Source: Rikenella sp.
GTDB lineage: Bacteria; Bacteroidota; Bacteroidia; Bacteroidales; Rikenellaceae
DNA length: 42,491 nt
Reading direction: 5' to 3'
Assembly (NCBI GenBank): GCA_029054535.1
Contig: JAIDFC010000031.1
Location: 1 to 42,491 of the forward strand
In this document: positions 28,858 to 37,619 of the stretch, piece by piece
Position numbering within the stretch: the stretch's first letter is position 1
How the letters are laid out: every line of letters starts with the position of its first letter
Translations under genes and position numbers: made by a program
The notes under the pieces: generated by a model
Database searches by the model: none
Told to the model about the DNA's origin: nothing
Seen by the model: the letters and a program-made list of their open reading frames with translations, nothing else

Positions 28858-30156
28858 ATGAGAAAAATCCTTCTCTTGTTGAGTCTCGGCCTCGTCGCCC
28901 TGACCGGATGTAAGAAAGATTCGACCCCGTCGTTGGTCGAAACCCCCGTTTTACCACCTGCCACCGAAACATTCGCGCCCGGAGCATCGGTAACTATCAA
29001 GGGATCGGGCTTCACCGCCGCGGACGAAATCTGGTTCCGCGCTCAGACCAAAGCCACGGACGACATTCAGGCTACGATCACCAAACAGACTGCCACCGAA
29101 ATCACCTTTATCGTCCCGCAGGGACTTCCGGCGGGCGAACAGACCGTTCTGCTCAAACGCGACGACCAGGAGATGCCTCTCGGCAAAATTACCGTAGCCG
29201 AAGCGACTACTTCCACCAAGCTCTATGCAATCGGTTCAACTGACGACAGTGATACCGAGGTTCTTTGGGAGATCGACAAAACCACAGGCGAACTGACCGA
29301 AATCGTAAAGTTGCCAACTGAATCCAATGAGGATTCGTTTGAATCTCCTGTAGTGGACCCGACCAACGGCAATATCTATCTCTATCAATGGATTGAAACA
29401 ACAGATGCGCTCGATCTGTATCGTATAAACCCGGCTAACAAAATGCTTGAAAAAATCGGGCGACTAAAAGAGGGAAACGAAGATACTCACTATGATTTGT
29501 GTGTGATTGATAACCGGTTGCATGCTTTGATCGAAAAAGAACAGTATGAAAACGAAGATAATCAAGAGACATTCTACTCTTTAGTTGCGATAGACCCGAA
29601 TACCGCCGAACAAACCTTAGTCGCCGATTTCGGATCGCTGCACCAGGCCCTGAATATTCCACTTTCCGTATCTGCCGGTTTAGATGGTGTCGGAAAATTT
29701 TTCGGCTATGATATGGCTACGAAAAGTTTAATTGTACCGATATTTAAGGATGTAGAGGGCGATTGTTGGCAATTAACTCGATTCGACATTGTCAACCAAA
29801 AGATTATCCCCGGAGTCGGGAGTTCTGACAATTACATATCTCTTTTCGTGAAAGATAGCAAGGCTTGTGGGGCATTCTATAATGACGACATAAACACTGT
29901 CGATTTTCGATTAATCGACACGGAAAATCTGACGATCGGCGAATCGCTGGGAAGTGCTTTCACGGGGAGTAACAATAAATTCTTTGGGGAGACTTGGGGT
30001 TACGATGCTGCCACGGGTAAAGGCTACACGACAATGGATTTTGAAAATTCTTCGGACGAGTATAGTGTCTTCGGTGCTTTCGACTTCAATTCCAAGGAGT
30101 TCAAAGAAATCAAGAAATACACCAATGGCATTGTGCTGTGGACGATTTTTAATTAG
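28858..30156 (+). CDS. Surface lipoprotein with N-terminal IPT/TIG (Ig-like) domain and beta-propeller-like C-terminal region
   Basis: Lipobox ALTGC followed by KKD. GASVTIKGSGF...ITFIVP IPT pattern. Repeated L(W/Y)xIDxxT units. Confidence 0.75.
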   Translation: MRKILLLLSLGLVALTGCKKDSTPSLVETPVLPPATETFAPGASVTIKGSGFTAADEIWFRAQTKATDDIQATITKQTATEITFIVPQGLPAGEQTVLLKRDDQEMPLGKITVAEATTSTKLYAIGSTDDSDTEVLWEIDKTTGELTEIVKLPTESNEDSFESPVVDPTNGNIYLYQWIETTDALDLYRINPANKMLEKIGRLKEGNEDTHYDLCVIDNRLHALIEKEQYENEDNQETFYSLVAIDPNTAEQTLVADFGSLHQALNIPLSVSAGLDGVGKFFGYDMATKSLIVPIFKDVEGDCWQLTRFDIVNQKIIPGVGSSDNYISLFVKDSKACGAFYNDDINTVDFRLIDTENLTIGESLGSAFTGSNNKFFGETWGYDAATGKGYTTMDFENSSDEYSVFGAFDFNSKEFKEIKKYTNGIVLWTIFN

Positions 30157-30178
30157 CGGGTAGGAGCGCGAACGAAGA

Positions 30179-30221
30179 CGGGGCTGTTTGTTTTGTAAAA
30201 CAAACAGCCCCGCTCGCTTTT
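30179..30221 (+). terminator. Intrinsic terminator-like hairpin
   Basis: 15-bp perfect stem cggggctgtttgttt/aaacaaacagccccg downstream of the lipoprotein gene. Confidence 0.7.
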
Positions 30222-30239
30222 CCCGCCTGGTATCCCGCA

Positions 30240-30510
30240 GCACAGGGCCGGAGCCAGCGCGGGCAAAACCGAGCTGGCGAGGGTTGCGCCCGTCGCCGGG
30301 GGTGGCGCCGGGGCGCTGTGCCTACGGCACGCAAAAATCCAATTCTCTCGTTTTCGGCCTTGCGCCCCCCAATCGTCCCCTCCGCAAGCTGCGTTCCGAA
30401 AGCCCATACTCGAAAACCGCAATCGAAAGATTGCGCATTCCTTGCAGGCGGCTCCCGAAAATCCTAATCGCTCGCAGCCGTCGCCCGCCCGACATGCAAG
30501 CCCTCCCGCC
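30240..30510. repeat. Mosaic intergenic repeat region between convergent genes
   Basis: 30290-30311 is identical to 4816-4837. gattgcg..ttccttgcaggcggc at about 30429-30452 recurs at about 32469-32490. Confidence 0.65.
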
Positions 30511-30518
30511 GCCCCCAG

Positions 30519-31493
30519 CTACAACGCCCGGTGGCCGACCGGACGGGAAAACGACTTGTTGAACAACCAGTTGACCCCGATCATGCTGTAATACTCGAAA
30601 TTGGACTTGTAGAGTACCACAAGACTCTTTTCGTAGTCCATGCGACACGAAACCGTGATCGCCAGGTTTCGGAGCAGCGTAACGCTCGCATCCACCTCCG
30701 CCACCCAGTGCGGATAGTGGTGCCGCATCCGCGGATAACGCTCCGTAACCGCACGGGGATAGGGATTCAGCAAACCCTCCTGGATGTAGCTGCCGATGTT
30801 GATCTGCAACCGTTTGAGCACCTTCAGCTGAAGGTCCACGTAGAGCATCGCCTTGAGGTCGAAAAACCGGTAGTACTGTCCCTTGTGGAGCCGCAGACGC
30901 TCGTTCACGAAAGCGATCTGCTCCTGTTTGGCGGGCGAGAGCTTGGCGATGTCGGCGGTGTTGTACATGTCCCAATTCTCGAAACTCGCCACCGGCCCCA
31001 GGCCGAAACTGAAGCCGAACCATTTGTTCTGGTAGTGCCACGGGCTGACCATCCCGCCGATCTGCAAGGCACCGCGCAACCCCCGGTCGCTGTTGGCGTT
31101 GAAGAAGAGCAACGGCATGAACTGCACGGTATGTGCCTGAAGCTCGCCGGTCGTCGGATCGACCCGATATTTGCCTATCGTGGGATTGAACAAGAGCGTC
31201 GTTTTACGCCCGAACCCACCGTCGTCTTTCTGTTCCCAAAACTGGCGCGCATAGAAACTATACTCCGTCCGCTGGTTGATGTACCGAAACTTGGCCGAAG
31301 CCAAAAGCGTGATGTCGGTCTGTTTGTTGTCCTGGTCGTTGCTGACGGTCATCTGCATCCCCACCAGCCCCGATAACAGCCGCGGAGCGGCGCTGTCGAA
31401 AACGAACGTAGTGATCTGCTTGACCTGTCCGTAACCGGCGGTTACGGACAAGACCAATACGAAAAACAGGAGTATCGGATATTGCCATCGCAT
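30519..31493 (-). CDS. Putative outer-membrane beta-barrel protein (DUF481-like)
   Basis: Signal peptide MRWQYPILLFFVLVLSVTAGYG, alternating beta-strand pattern, and YYSMIGVNWLF near the C-terminus. Start moved from the ORF-track 31844 to 31493. Confidence 0.6.
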   Translation of the reverse strand: MRWQYPILLFFVLVLSVTAGYGQVKQITTFVFDSAAPRLLSGLVGMQMTVSNDQDNKQTDITLLASAKFRYINQRTEYSFYARQFWEQKDDGGFGRKTTLLFNPTIGKYRVDPTTGELQAHTVQFMPLLFFNANSDRGLRGALQIGGMVSPWHYQNKWFGFSFGLGPVASFENWDMYNTADIAKLSPAKQEQIAFVNERLRLHKGQYYRFFDLKAMLYVDLQLKVLKRLQINIGSYIQEGLLNPYPRAVTERYPRMRHHYPHWVAEVDASVTLLRNLAITVSCRMDYEKSLVVLYKSNFEYYSMIGVNWLFNKSFSRPVGHRAL

Positions 31494-31586
31494 GATTTCG
31501 AGTCGCTCGTATACCCCGCACCTAACAACTTTCATTCCATAATTCGGTCTTTTTTCGCCTTTTTGGGGGAGGCCGGCGATGCACCG

Positions 31587-31797
31587 TTTTACCCGACTCC
31601 GGTCCGCGTGCCCGCGGTGGGGTGCCGCTGGGCACTCCAACCGGGAGTTTGCTCGGAAAGCCTCCGCTGGCGGCGGGCACAGTGCAATTCCCTTTGAAAA
31701 ATGGGAATATTCTTCACTTCGGCTGCGATATTTTTCTCGCCCGGCAGGCCAGGTTGGTGTGCCCAGCGGCACCGTTGACTCCGGGAATGGGGAGAGG
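31587..31797 (+). repeat. Non-coding element with cassette-type ends and an internal 22-bp inverted repeat
   Basis: Begins ttttacccgactccgg and ends ctccgggaatggggagagg. IR at 31621-31642/31752-31773 matches 21/22. Homologous to 35280-35477. Confidence 0.8.
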
Positions 31798-31855
31798 TTT
31801 ACTGGCCTGCTGATCGAGAAAGCTCGACACTCGAATCGGGTCATTCGGTCGATAA

Positions 31856-32047
31856 AACCCGGCTCCGGGCGACCGCTATCGTGATAATGGTCGGTTGTAT
31901 CGCGTCGGCGTCAGCGGGTTCAGTTGGTCGTCGTTCGCATCGGGCTACAATAGCTACTACTTATACTTCCACCTCGGCGAGATTCACCCCAATTACGACG
32001 GTAGCTATCGGGCAAGCGCTCTTCAGCTGCGTTGCCTCCAGGAATAG
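31856..32047 (+). pseudogene. Silent variable cassette 2
   Basis: Translation is NPAPGDRYRDNGRLYRVGVSGFSWSSFASGYNSYYLYFHLGEIHPNYDGSYRASALQLRCLQE*, immediately preceded by an in-frame TAA (31853-31855). Confidence 0.82.
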
Positions 32048-32053
32048 GGAGAG

Positions 32054-32500
32054 GTGCCGAGCGGCACGCGAAAACTGAACTTTGCTCCGGAAACTTTTGC
32101 TGGCGGTCGACCTATTTCTGCTCAAGGAAAACCGCGACCGGCGGTCGCGCGGGCCAGCCGCCGCCCAACGGCTGGCTCCGCAACTCGACGGAGCTCGTTG
32201 CGGCTCCATCCAGCGGCAGGCCCGAAAACAACATTGAAACAGCCTCTGCGCGTCGCCCGCCTTACTTCAAGATCTCCCCATGACGAGCCGAAGCCACCCC
32301 CGGCGAAAGGCCTGGTGCCGCTCGGCACCCGAAAATTGGAGCTTGCTCGAAACACTTCCGCTGGCGTCGGCTCTGTTCACCATTCTCCCGAAACAAACCG
32401 CGCCTGCAAGGCGCGCGGATCGCCGCCTCCCCACGCGGCGGACCGCAACCCTGAATCGCTGACGCGAGGATTGCGTTCCTTGCAGGCGGCAATCCAGAGC
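32054..32500. repeat. Mosaic intergenic repeat region
   Basis: 32315-32349 is the reverse complement of the cagttttcgagtgccgagcggcac module (about 7990-8024). aaccgcgcctgcaaggcgc at 32397-32415 recurs at 37938-37956. Confidence 0.75.
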
Positions 32501-32523
32501 CTCTAAAAAATCCACCGCAGCCG

Positions 32524-33888
32524 TCAATCGAAACAGAGGCGTTGTCCGCGGACCGTTTCGTCGACTCCCCCCGCTTCGGTGTCGTAAACCCGAGCGCCGT
32601 TCACGAACGTCGCTCGGACCCTGGCCGTGAGCGTGAGCCCCTCCAACGGCGACCAGCCGCACTTCGACAAGATACGTTCCCCCGGCTCTCCGTTTTCGCG
32701 ACGCACGACCCAGGGCGTATCCAGGTCGACGACAGCGATATCCGCCCAGTATCCCGGCCGCAGAAACCCACGTTCCGAGATTCGGAACAGTCGAGCCGGC
32801 GCGTGGCACATCCGCTCGACCACCTGGGGCACCGTAAAGATCCCTCCGGCCGCCAGCGTCAGCATCGCCGGAAGCGAGTGTTGTACGAGCGGTCCGCCGG
32901 AAGGGGCCGAGAGATAAGGGTTCTGCTTTTCGGCCAACAGATGCGGAGCATGATCCGTCGCCACCACATCCGCCAATCCGCTCCGCACCGCCGCCCGCAG
33001 CGCGTCCCGATCCGAAGCCGACTTCACCGCCGGATTCCACTTGATAAGGTTTCCCCGCTCGGCATAGTCCGCCGCGCTGAACCACAGATGATGAACACAC
33101 ACCTCGTTCGTGATGCGTTTCTCTTCGATCGGTCGGTCCGCCTCGAAGAGAGTCAGCTCCCGCGCCGTACTGAGGTGGAGCACATGGAGTCTCCCGCCAT
33201 ATCGGTGGGCCAGTTCGACCGCATGAGCCGTCGAACGGTAGCAGGCCTCTGCGCTCCGGATGAACGGGTGCATCGCCGTCGGAATCCGGTCGCCGAAAGC
33301 CGCCCGAGCCGAAGCGAGGTTGGCTCGAATCGTCGCCTCGTCCTCGCAGTGAGTCGCCACCAGCACCGGCGAACGACGGAAAATCCCGGCCAGCGTCTCC
33401 TCGTTGTCCACCAGCATGTTCCCCGTCGACGACCCCATGAAAACCTTCACCCCGCAAATCCGATGCGGGTCGATCCGCTCGATCTCGGCCAGGTTTTCGT
33501 TCGTCGCCCCCAGGTAGAACGAGTAGTTCACGGCCGACACCTCGGCCGCGCGGGCGTACTTCTCCTCCAACAGGTCGAGCGTCGTGGCCGGCGGACGCGT
33601 ATTGGGCATCTCCATGTAGGAGGTAACCCCTCCGGCCGCGGCCGCTCGCGATTCGGTGAAAATTTCAGCTTTCTCGGTAAGCCCCGGTTCGCGGAAATGA
33701 ACCTGATCGTCGATCACGCCCGGCATCACCAAAGCCCCCTGCGCATCGAAAACTTCGGTCGCTCCGTCCCGCACCTCCTCCGGACACGCCCCCTCCCCTA
33801 CCCGACCGATCCGCTGGCCGTCGACCGTCAGCCAACCGCGATACGTACGCCCTTCGTTGCAAAGCAACGCATTATTTATCAGCAACAT
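32524..33888 (-). CDS. pyrC: Dihydroorotase
   Basis: PGVIDDQVHFREPG, EMPNT, GVKVFMGSSTG, HCED, HVLHLST, KWNPAVK and ATDHAPH motifs. Confidence 0.92.
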   Translation of the reverse strand: MLLINNALLCNEGRTYRGWLTVDGQRIGRVGEGACPEEVRDGATEVFDAQGALVMPGVIDDQVHFREPGLTEKAEIFTESRAAAAGGVTSYMEMPNTRPPATTLDLLEEKYARAAEVSAVNYSFYLGATNENLAEIERIDPHRICGVKVFMGSSTGNMLVDNEETLAGIFRRSPVLVATHCEDEATIRANLASARAAFGDRIPTAMHPFIRSAEACYRSTAHAVELAHRYGGRLHVLHLSTARELTLFEADRPIEEKRITNEVCVHHLWFSAADYAERGNLIKWNPAVKSASDRDALRAAVRSGLADVVATDHAPHLLAEKQNPYLSAPSGGPLVQHSLPAMLTLAAGGIFTVPQVVERMCHAPARLFRISERGFLRPGYWADIAVVDLDTPWVVRRENGEPGERILSKCGWSPLEGLTLTARVRATFVNGARVYDTEAGGVDETVRGQRLCFD

Positions 33889-33923
33889 ATATCTTACTTA
33901 TTGATCGTTTCTCTACTCGACGG

Positions 33924-34889
33924 TTATTTGGCTGGAATCCGCACCAGCACCCGTGTTCCTCCGCCTCCGGGCCGACTGTCGAGGGTCAGCTCGCCGCGGA
34001 TCGAACTGATCCGCGACGCGATGTTCGACAATCCCATCCCATCGTATTCCGCCTCGGGGTCGAAACCGACGCCGTCGTCTTCGACCGTGGCCGTAATCCA
34101 CTCCCGATCGCGCCGGATATCGATCGTCAGCCGACCGGCCCGAGCGTGTTTCAAGGCATTGTTAATCAGCTCGCAGACCACCCGATAGAGGATCACCTCG
34201 CGATCCGCCTCAAACCGCGCCTCGCGAAGCTCGCCCGGACGAAACTCGATCCGAGTGGTCGGACACATCGGCTGGAGTTTGCGGATAAAGGTACTCAGCG
34301 CCCGCGCCACCCCGAAATTATTCAACACGTGCGGACTCAAGTTGTTGGAGATCTCCGTAAGCCCCTTGACAGCTTCGTTGATGACATACTCGGTATTGGC
34401 CAATATCTCGCGCTGGGTATCGTTCATCGGTTGGGTCGAGAGGGCCGAAATGCTCATCCGAACGGACGACAACAACGGACCCAGCCCGTCGTGCAGCTCT
34501 TTCGAGATGATCTGCCGCTGGTTCTCCTCGGCCCGGATGACGGCGCTCAAAACGCGTTTTTCACTGTTCCGCCGCCGCTCCTCGCGCAGCGCGAGGTAGT
34601 TCAGGATCTTTTTGACCATAAAAACCCCGACGGCGAAACACAGCGACGTCGCAATCCCCACCCAAACATAATACTCCTCACGCATCACCATGATACTGGT
34701 CCGCCCGCCGGTCAACGCCGAAAGCTGGCGGGCGAACTCATCGAACCGCATCACGCACATCAACACCAGCGCGATCGTGAACAGAATCCACGACGAGTTG
34801 AACTTCGTGGTGTGCGTCAAACGAACGGCGACGCCGGCCGCAAAGATCTGCAACACGATCGATATGACTAACAGAAAAAGGAGTACCAT
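33924..34889 (-). CDS. Membrane sensor histidine kinase (HisKA_3/NarX-like + HATPase_c)
   Basis: Three N-terminal TMs, ISKELHDGLG H-box, ELINNALKHA, EDDGVGF and GMGLSNI motifs. Confidence 0.92.
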   Translation of the reverse strand: MVLLFLLVISIVLQIFAAGVAVRLTHTTKFNSSWILFTIALVLMCVMRFDEFARQLSALTGGRTSIMVMREEYYVWVGIATSLCFAVGVFMVKKILNYLALREERRRNSEKRVLSAVIRAEENQRQIISKELHDGLGPLLSSVRMSISALSTQPMNDTQREILANTEYVINEAVKGLTEISNNLSPHVLNNFGVARALSTFIRKLQPMCPTTRIEFRPGELREARFEADREVILYRVVCELINNALKHARAGRLTIDIRRDREWITATVEDDGVGFDPEAEYDGMGLSNIASRISSIRGELTLDSRPGGGGTRVLVRIPAK

Positions 34890-35057
34890 GATACGACGCT
34901 AAAGATAGGGATTTTTCCGTTCCGCATGCGGAAATCTGTCCGACGGAATGTCTCGCCCGTGATTTTTCCTCCCGACAGAGGCCCGATTCAAGGGACGCGC
35001 GCGCCCATCGGGCATTTTATTGGGGTAGACACAGCCCGGCTCGAGGACCCAGCGGCC

Positions 35058-35252
35058 TTTTACCCGGCTCCGGGCAGCCGCGCCAGCGGTTCCGGTGCGT
35101 TGTGGAGCGTCGGTAGCTATGGGTATAGCTGGACATCGTTTACCTCGGATAGCTACTACGGTTATCATCTGGACTTCCGCTATACCCGAATCTACCCGAG
35201 TACTACGACGTATCGTGCGAACGGTTTTCAGTTGCGTTGCCTCCAGGAATAG
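35058..35252 (+). pseudogene. Silent variable cassette 3
   Basis: Translation is FYPAPGSRASGSGALWSVGSYGYSWTSFTSDSYYGYHLDFRYTRIYPSTTTYRANGFQLRCLQE*. The upstream in-frame ATG (34926) gives an unconvincing N-terminus not shared with the other cassettes. Confidence 0.82.
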
Positions 35253-35279
35253 GGAGAGAGGACGAAGCGGCACTTTTTG

Positions 35280-35477
35280 TTTTACCCGGCTCCGGTCCGC
35301 GTGCCCGCGGTGGGCAGTAGGCCGTGTCTGCTTCAAACAGCGACAATGACGGGTACGACCGGTCGTCGACGATTCCCTTGGGGTAATACCCAACTATCTC
35401 AGCTGCGACATTTTTCTCGCCCGGCAGGCCAGGTTGGAGTGCCCAGCGGCACCGTTGACTCCAGGAATAGGGAGAGG
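35280..35477 (+). repeat. Non-coding element with cassette-type ends, in tandem with cassette 3
   Basis: Begins ttttacccggctccgg and ends ctccaggaatagggagagg. 35381-35422 matches 37691-37732 at 41/42. Confidence 0.8.
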
Positions 35478-35479
35478 GG

Positions 35480-36165
35480 CCGATCGGCGTTTTGTTGACC
35501 TGCCGGTTGTACCACTGACCCGACAACAGCCTGCCGATTGCCTTCCGGGCGTTTAGCCGTGTCCGACGCCGGCGGAGAGACCCAAGAGCCTTAGCGAATG
35601 GTGTCCTCCGCTCCGGGCGGCGTCGGACACGCGACTCATTGAGTCGCGGTTTTTCAACCTGCCCAAAGCTGCTTTCGGATCGCAATAATTGCAACAGAAT
35701 TTATTGTGCCTCCTTCGGCCTGTCGCCCATCCCCCCCGAGGCGCAAAGCGCCTGGGCGACGAGGCCGGCGATTCTTCGAATCGCAATAGGCTGAAACGAT
35801 ATTTATTCTTCGCAATGAACCACGCCCAACGGGCGCGCGGGTCGCCGCCACCCCACGCGGCGGGACGCAACTTCTCGCGAGGCTCGATTGCGCCCTTGCT
35901 GGCGGCGACCCAAGCCCAAACCGTAATTGACCGCGCGCCTGCGAAATCATTCTCGATAAACTCTCCGTTTATCGAGTGATTTCGCTACTTAGGCGTGGCG
36001 CGCGGATTTCTCTTCGAAAACCGTGTCTGTCCGCGCGCTGGCGGAAATCCTGTTCAAAAGCGATTCACGCTTTTGAACGATTTCCTACCCCAGCAGTCGA
36101 GCGCGGAACCATCCGGAAAAGAAACCGTGTCAGACGCGCTCAGGCCGCGCGCCGGCTCGGCCGAA
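35480..36165. repeat. Mosaic intergenic repeat region
   Basis: 36121-36150 is identical to 38488-38517 (30/30). About 35709-35733 recurs at about 37817-37841. 36018-36106 is an inverted copy of 8026-8114. Confidence 0.82.
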
Positions 36166-36170
36166 AAACC

Positions 36171-37568
36171 CTACCTATTTCCGAAAACCCGCCGCGCCAA
36201 TTCGTCCACCCGATTGACATAGATCACCTCGATCCCCTTGGTCGCATGGCTCAACGCCTTTCGCGCATAGCCCGAGACCACGATAGTCCGGAACCCGAGC
36301 CGAGCCGCCTCCGAGACCCTTTGTTCCGTTTTGGAGGCCGGGCGCACCTCGCCCGAGAGTCCCACCTCGCCCGCAAAACAGATGTCCGCATCCAACGCAA
36401 TATCCAGCCCCGAGGAGATCACCGCCGCGATGATCGCCAAGTCCAGCCCCGTATCCGCCACCCGAAAACCGCCCGCCAGATTCAGAAAGACATCCTTCGT
36501 CCCGAGCTTGAACCCCAGCCGCTTTTCGAGCACCGCCAACAGCATGTTGAGCCGCTTGTAATCGACCCCCGTCGCCGATCGTTGCGGCGTCCCGTAAGCC
36601 GATGAGCTGACCAGCGCCTGCGTTTCGAGCAGAAACGGCCTCACCCCTTCGATCGTCGCCCCGATGGCGATGCCGCTCAGCGGCTCGTCGTAGTGCGAAA
36701 CGAGGATCTCCGACGGATTGTCAACCTCCCTCAACCCTTCGTTCAACATCTCGAAAACGCCGATCTCGTTCGTCGCCCCGAACCGGTTCTTGATGCTCCG
36801 CAGGATTCGGTAAGCGTTGTTGCTGTCGCCCTCGAACTGGAAGACGACGTCCACGATATGTTCCAGAATCTTCGGTCCGGCGATCGACCCCTCTTTGGTG
36901 ATGTGGCCGATCATCAGCACCGGCACTTTGGTCTCCTTGGCGTACTTGAGCAGCATCGCCGCACACTCGCGCACCTGGCTGACGCTCCCGGGCGACGATT
37001 CGATCCGCTCGGAATAGAGCGTCTGGATCGAGTCGATCACCACCAGCTCCGGAGCCGTCTCGGCCAACTGCGTGATGATGTTTTCGAGCGAGGTCTCGCT
37101 CAGGATCATGCACTGCTCGTTGACCACCCCGAGCCGATCGGCCCTCATTTTGATCTGCTCGGGACTCTCCTCGCCCGAGACGTACACGATCGGTACGCCG
37201 GCCATTCGGACAGCGATCTGCAAAGCCAATGTCGATTTCCCGATCCCCGGTTCGCCCCCCAACAGCACCAGCGAACCCGGCACCAAGCCGCCCCCCAGTA
37301 CCCGATTGACCTCCTCGTTCAGCAGGTCCATCCGCTGAAAGGCGCTCCGTTCGACTTTATGCACCGGAATCGGTCGATTCCGCTCCCCCACTCCGCTCCC
37401 GCCGCCCGACAACCCGAAATAGTTGTTCGTCGTCAGCGGCGAACTCTTGGCCGAAACGATCTCTTCGGTATAGGTGTTCCACTCGCCGCACGCCGGACAT
37501 TTCCCCACCCACTTCGGAGACTCGTTCCCGCAGGCGGTACAATAATAGCTCTTTTTTAACTTCGCCAT
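36171..37568 (-). CDS. radA: DNA repair protein RadA/Sms
   Basis: CxxC-CxxC zinc finger, GEPGIGKST, DSIQT and KNRFG motifs, and a Lon-like C-terminus. Confidence 0.97.
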   Translation of the reverse strand: MAKLKKSYYCTACGNESPKWVGKCPACGEWNTYTEEIVSAKSSPLTTNNYFGLSGGGSGVGERNRPIPVHKVERSAFQRMDLLNEEVNRVLGGGLVPGSLVLLGGEPGIGKSTLALQIAVRMAGVPIVYVSGEESPEQIKMRADRLGVVNEQCMILSETSLENIITQLAETAPELVVIDSIQTLYSERIESSPGSVSQVRECAAMLLKYAKETKVPVLMIGHITKEGSIAGPKILEHIVDVVFQFEGDSNNAYRILRSIKNRFGATNEIGVFEMLNEGLREVDNPSEILVSHYDEPLSGIAIGATIEGVRPFLLETQALVSSSAYGTPQRSATGVDYKRLNMLLAVLEKRLGFKLGTKDVFLNLAGGFRVADTGLDLAIIAAVISSGLDIALDADICFAGEVGLSGEVRPASKTEQRVSEAARLGFRTIVVSGYARKALSHATKGIEVIYVNRVDELARRVFGNR

Positions 37569-37619
37569 AGGCTTTGATATCTTTCGATTTAGTCGGTTGC
37601 TTTCATCCGTCGGCGGGAC

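Noticed and set aside
23980-34188. Long antisense or alternate-frame ORFs (23980-25758, 26037-28511, 32542-34188; also 5430-7007 and 739-1809)
   Set aside because: These are shadow ORFs of high-GC genes with recognisable products in another frame, and they carry no protein motifs.
31856-35252. Complete DGR (TR/VR pair plus reverse transcriptase) within the window
   Set aside because: No RT or accessory gene was recognised, no cassette is an AAY-rich template, and pairwise differences include indels and non-adenine sites.
34926-35252. 108-aa ORF as a genuine standalone gene
   Set aside because: The first 44 residues have no counterpart in the other two cassettes, lack a signal peptide and lie in the divergent kinase's upstream region. 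The ATG is probably fortuitous.
37291-37297. C7 run in radA as a phase-variation tract
   Set aside because: It is a short run encoding the conserved LGGG in a high-GC housekeeping gene and is expected by chance.
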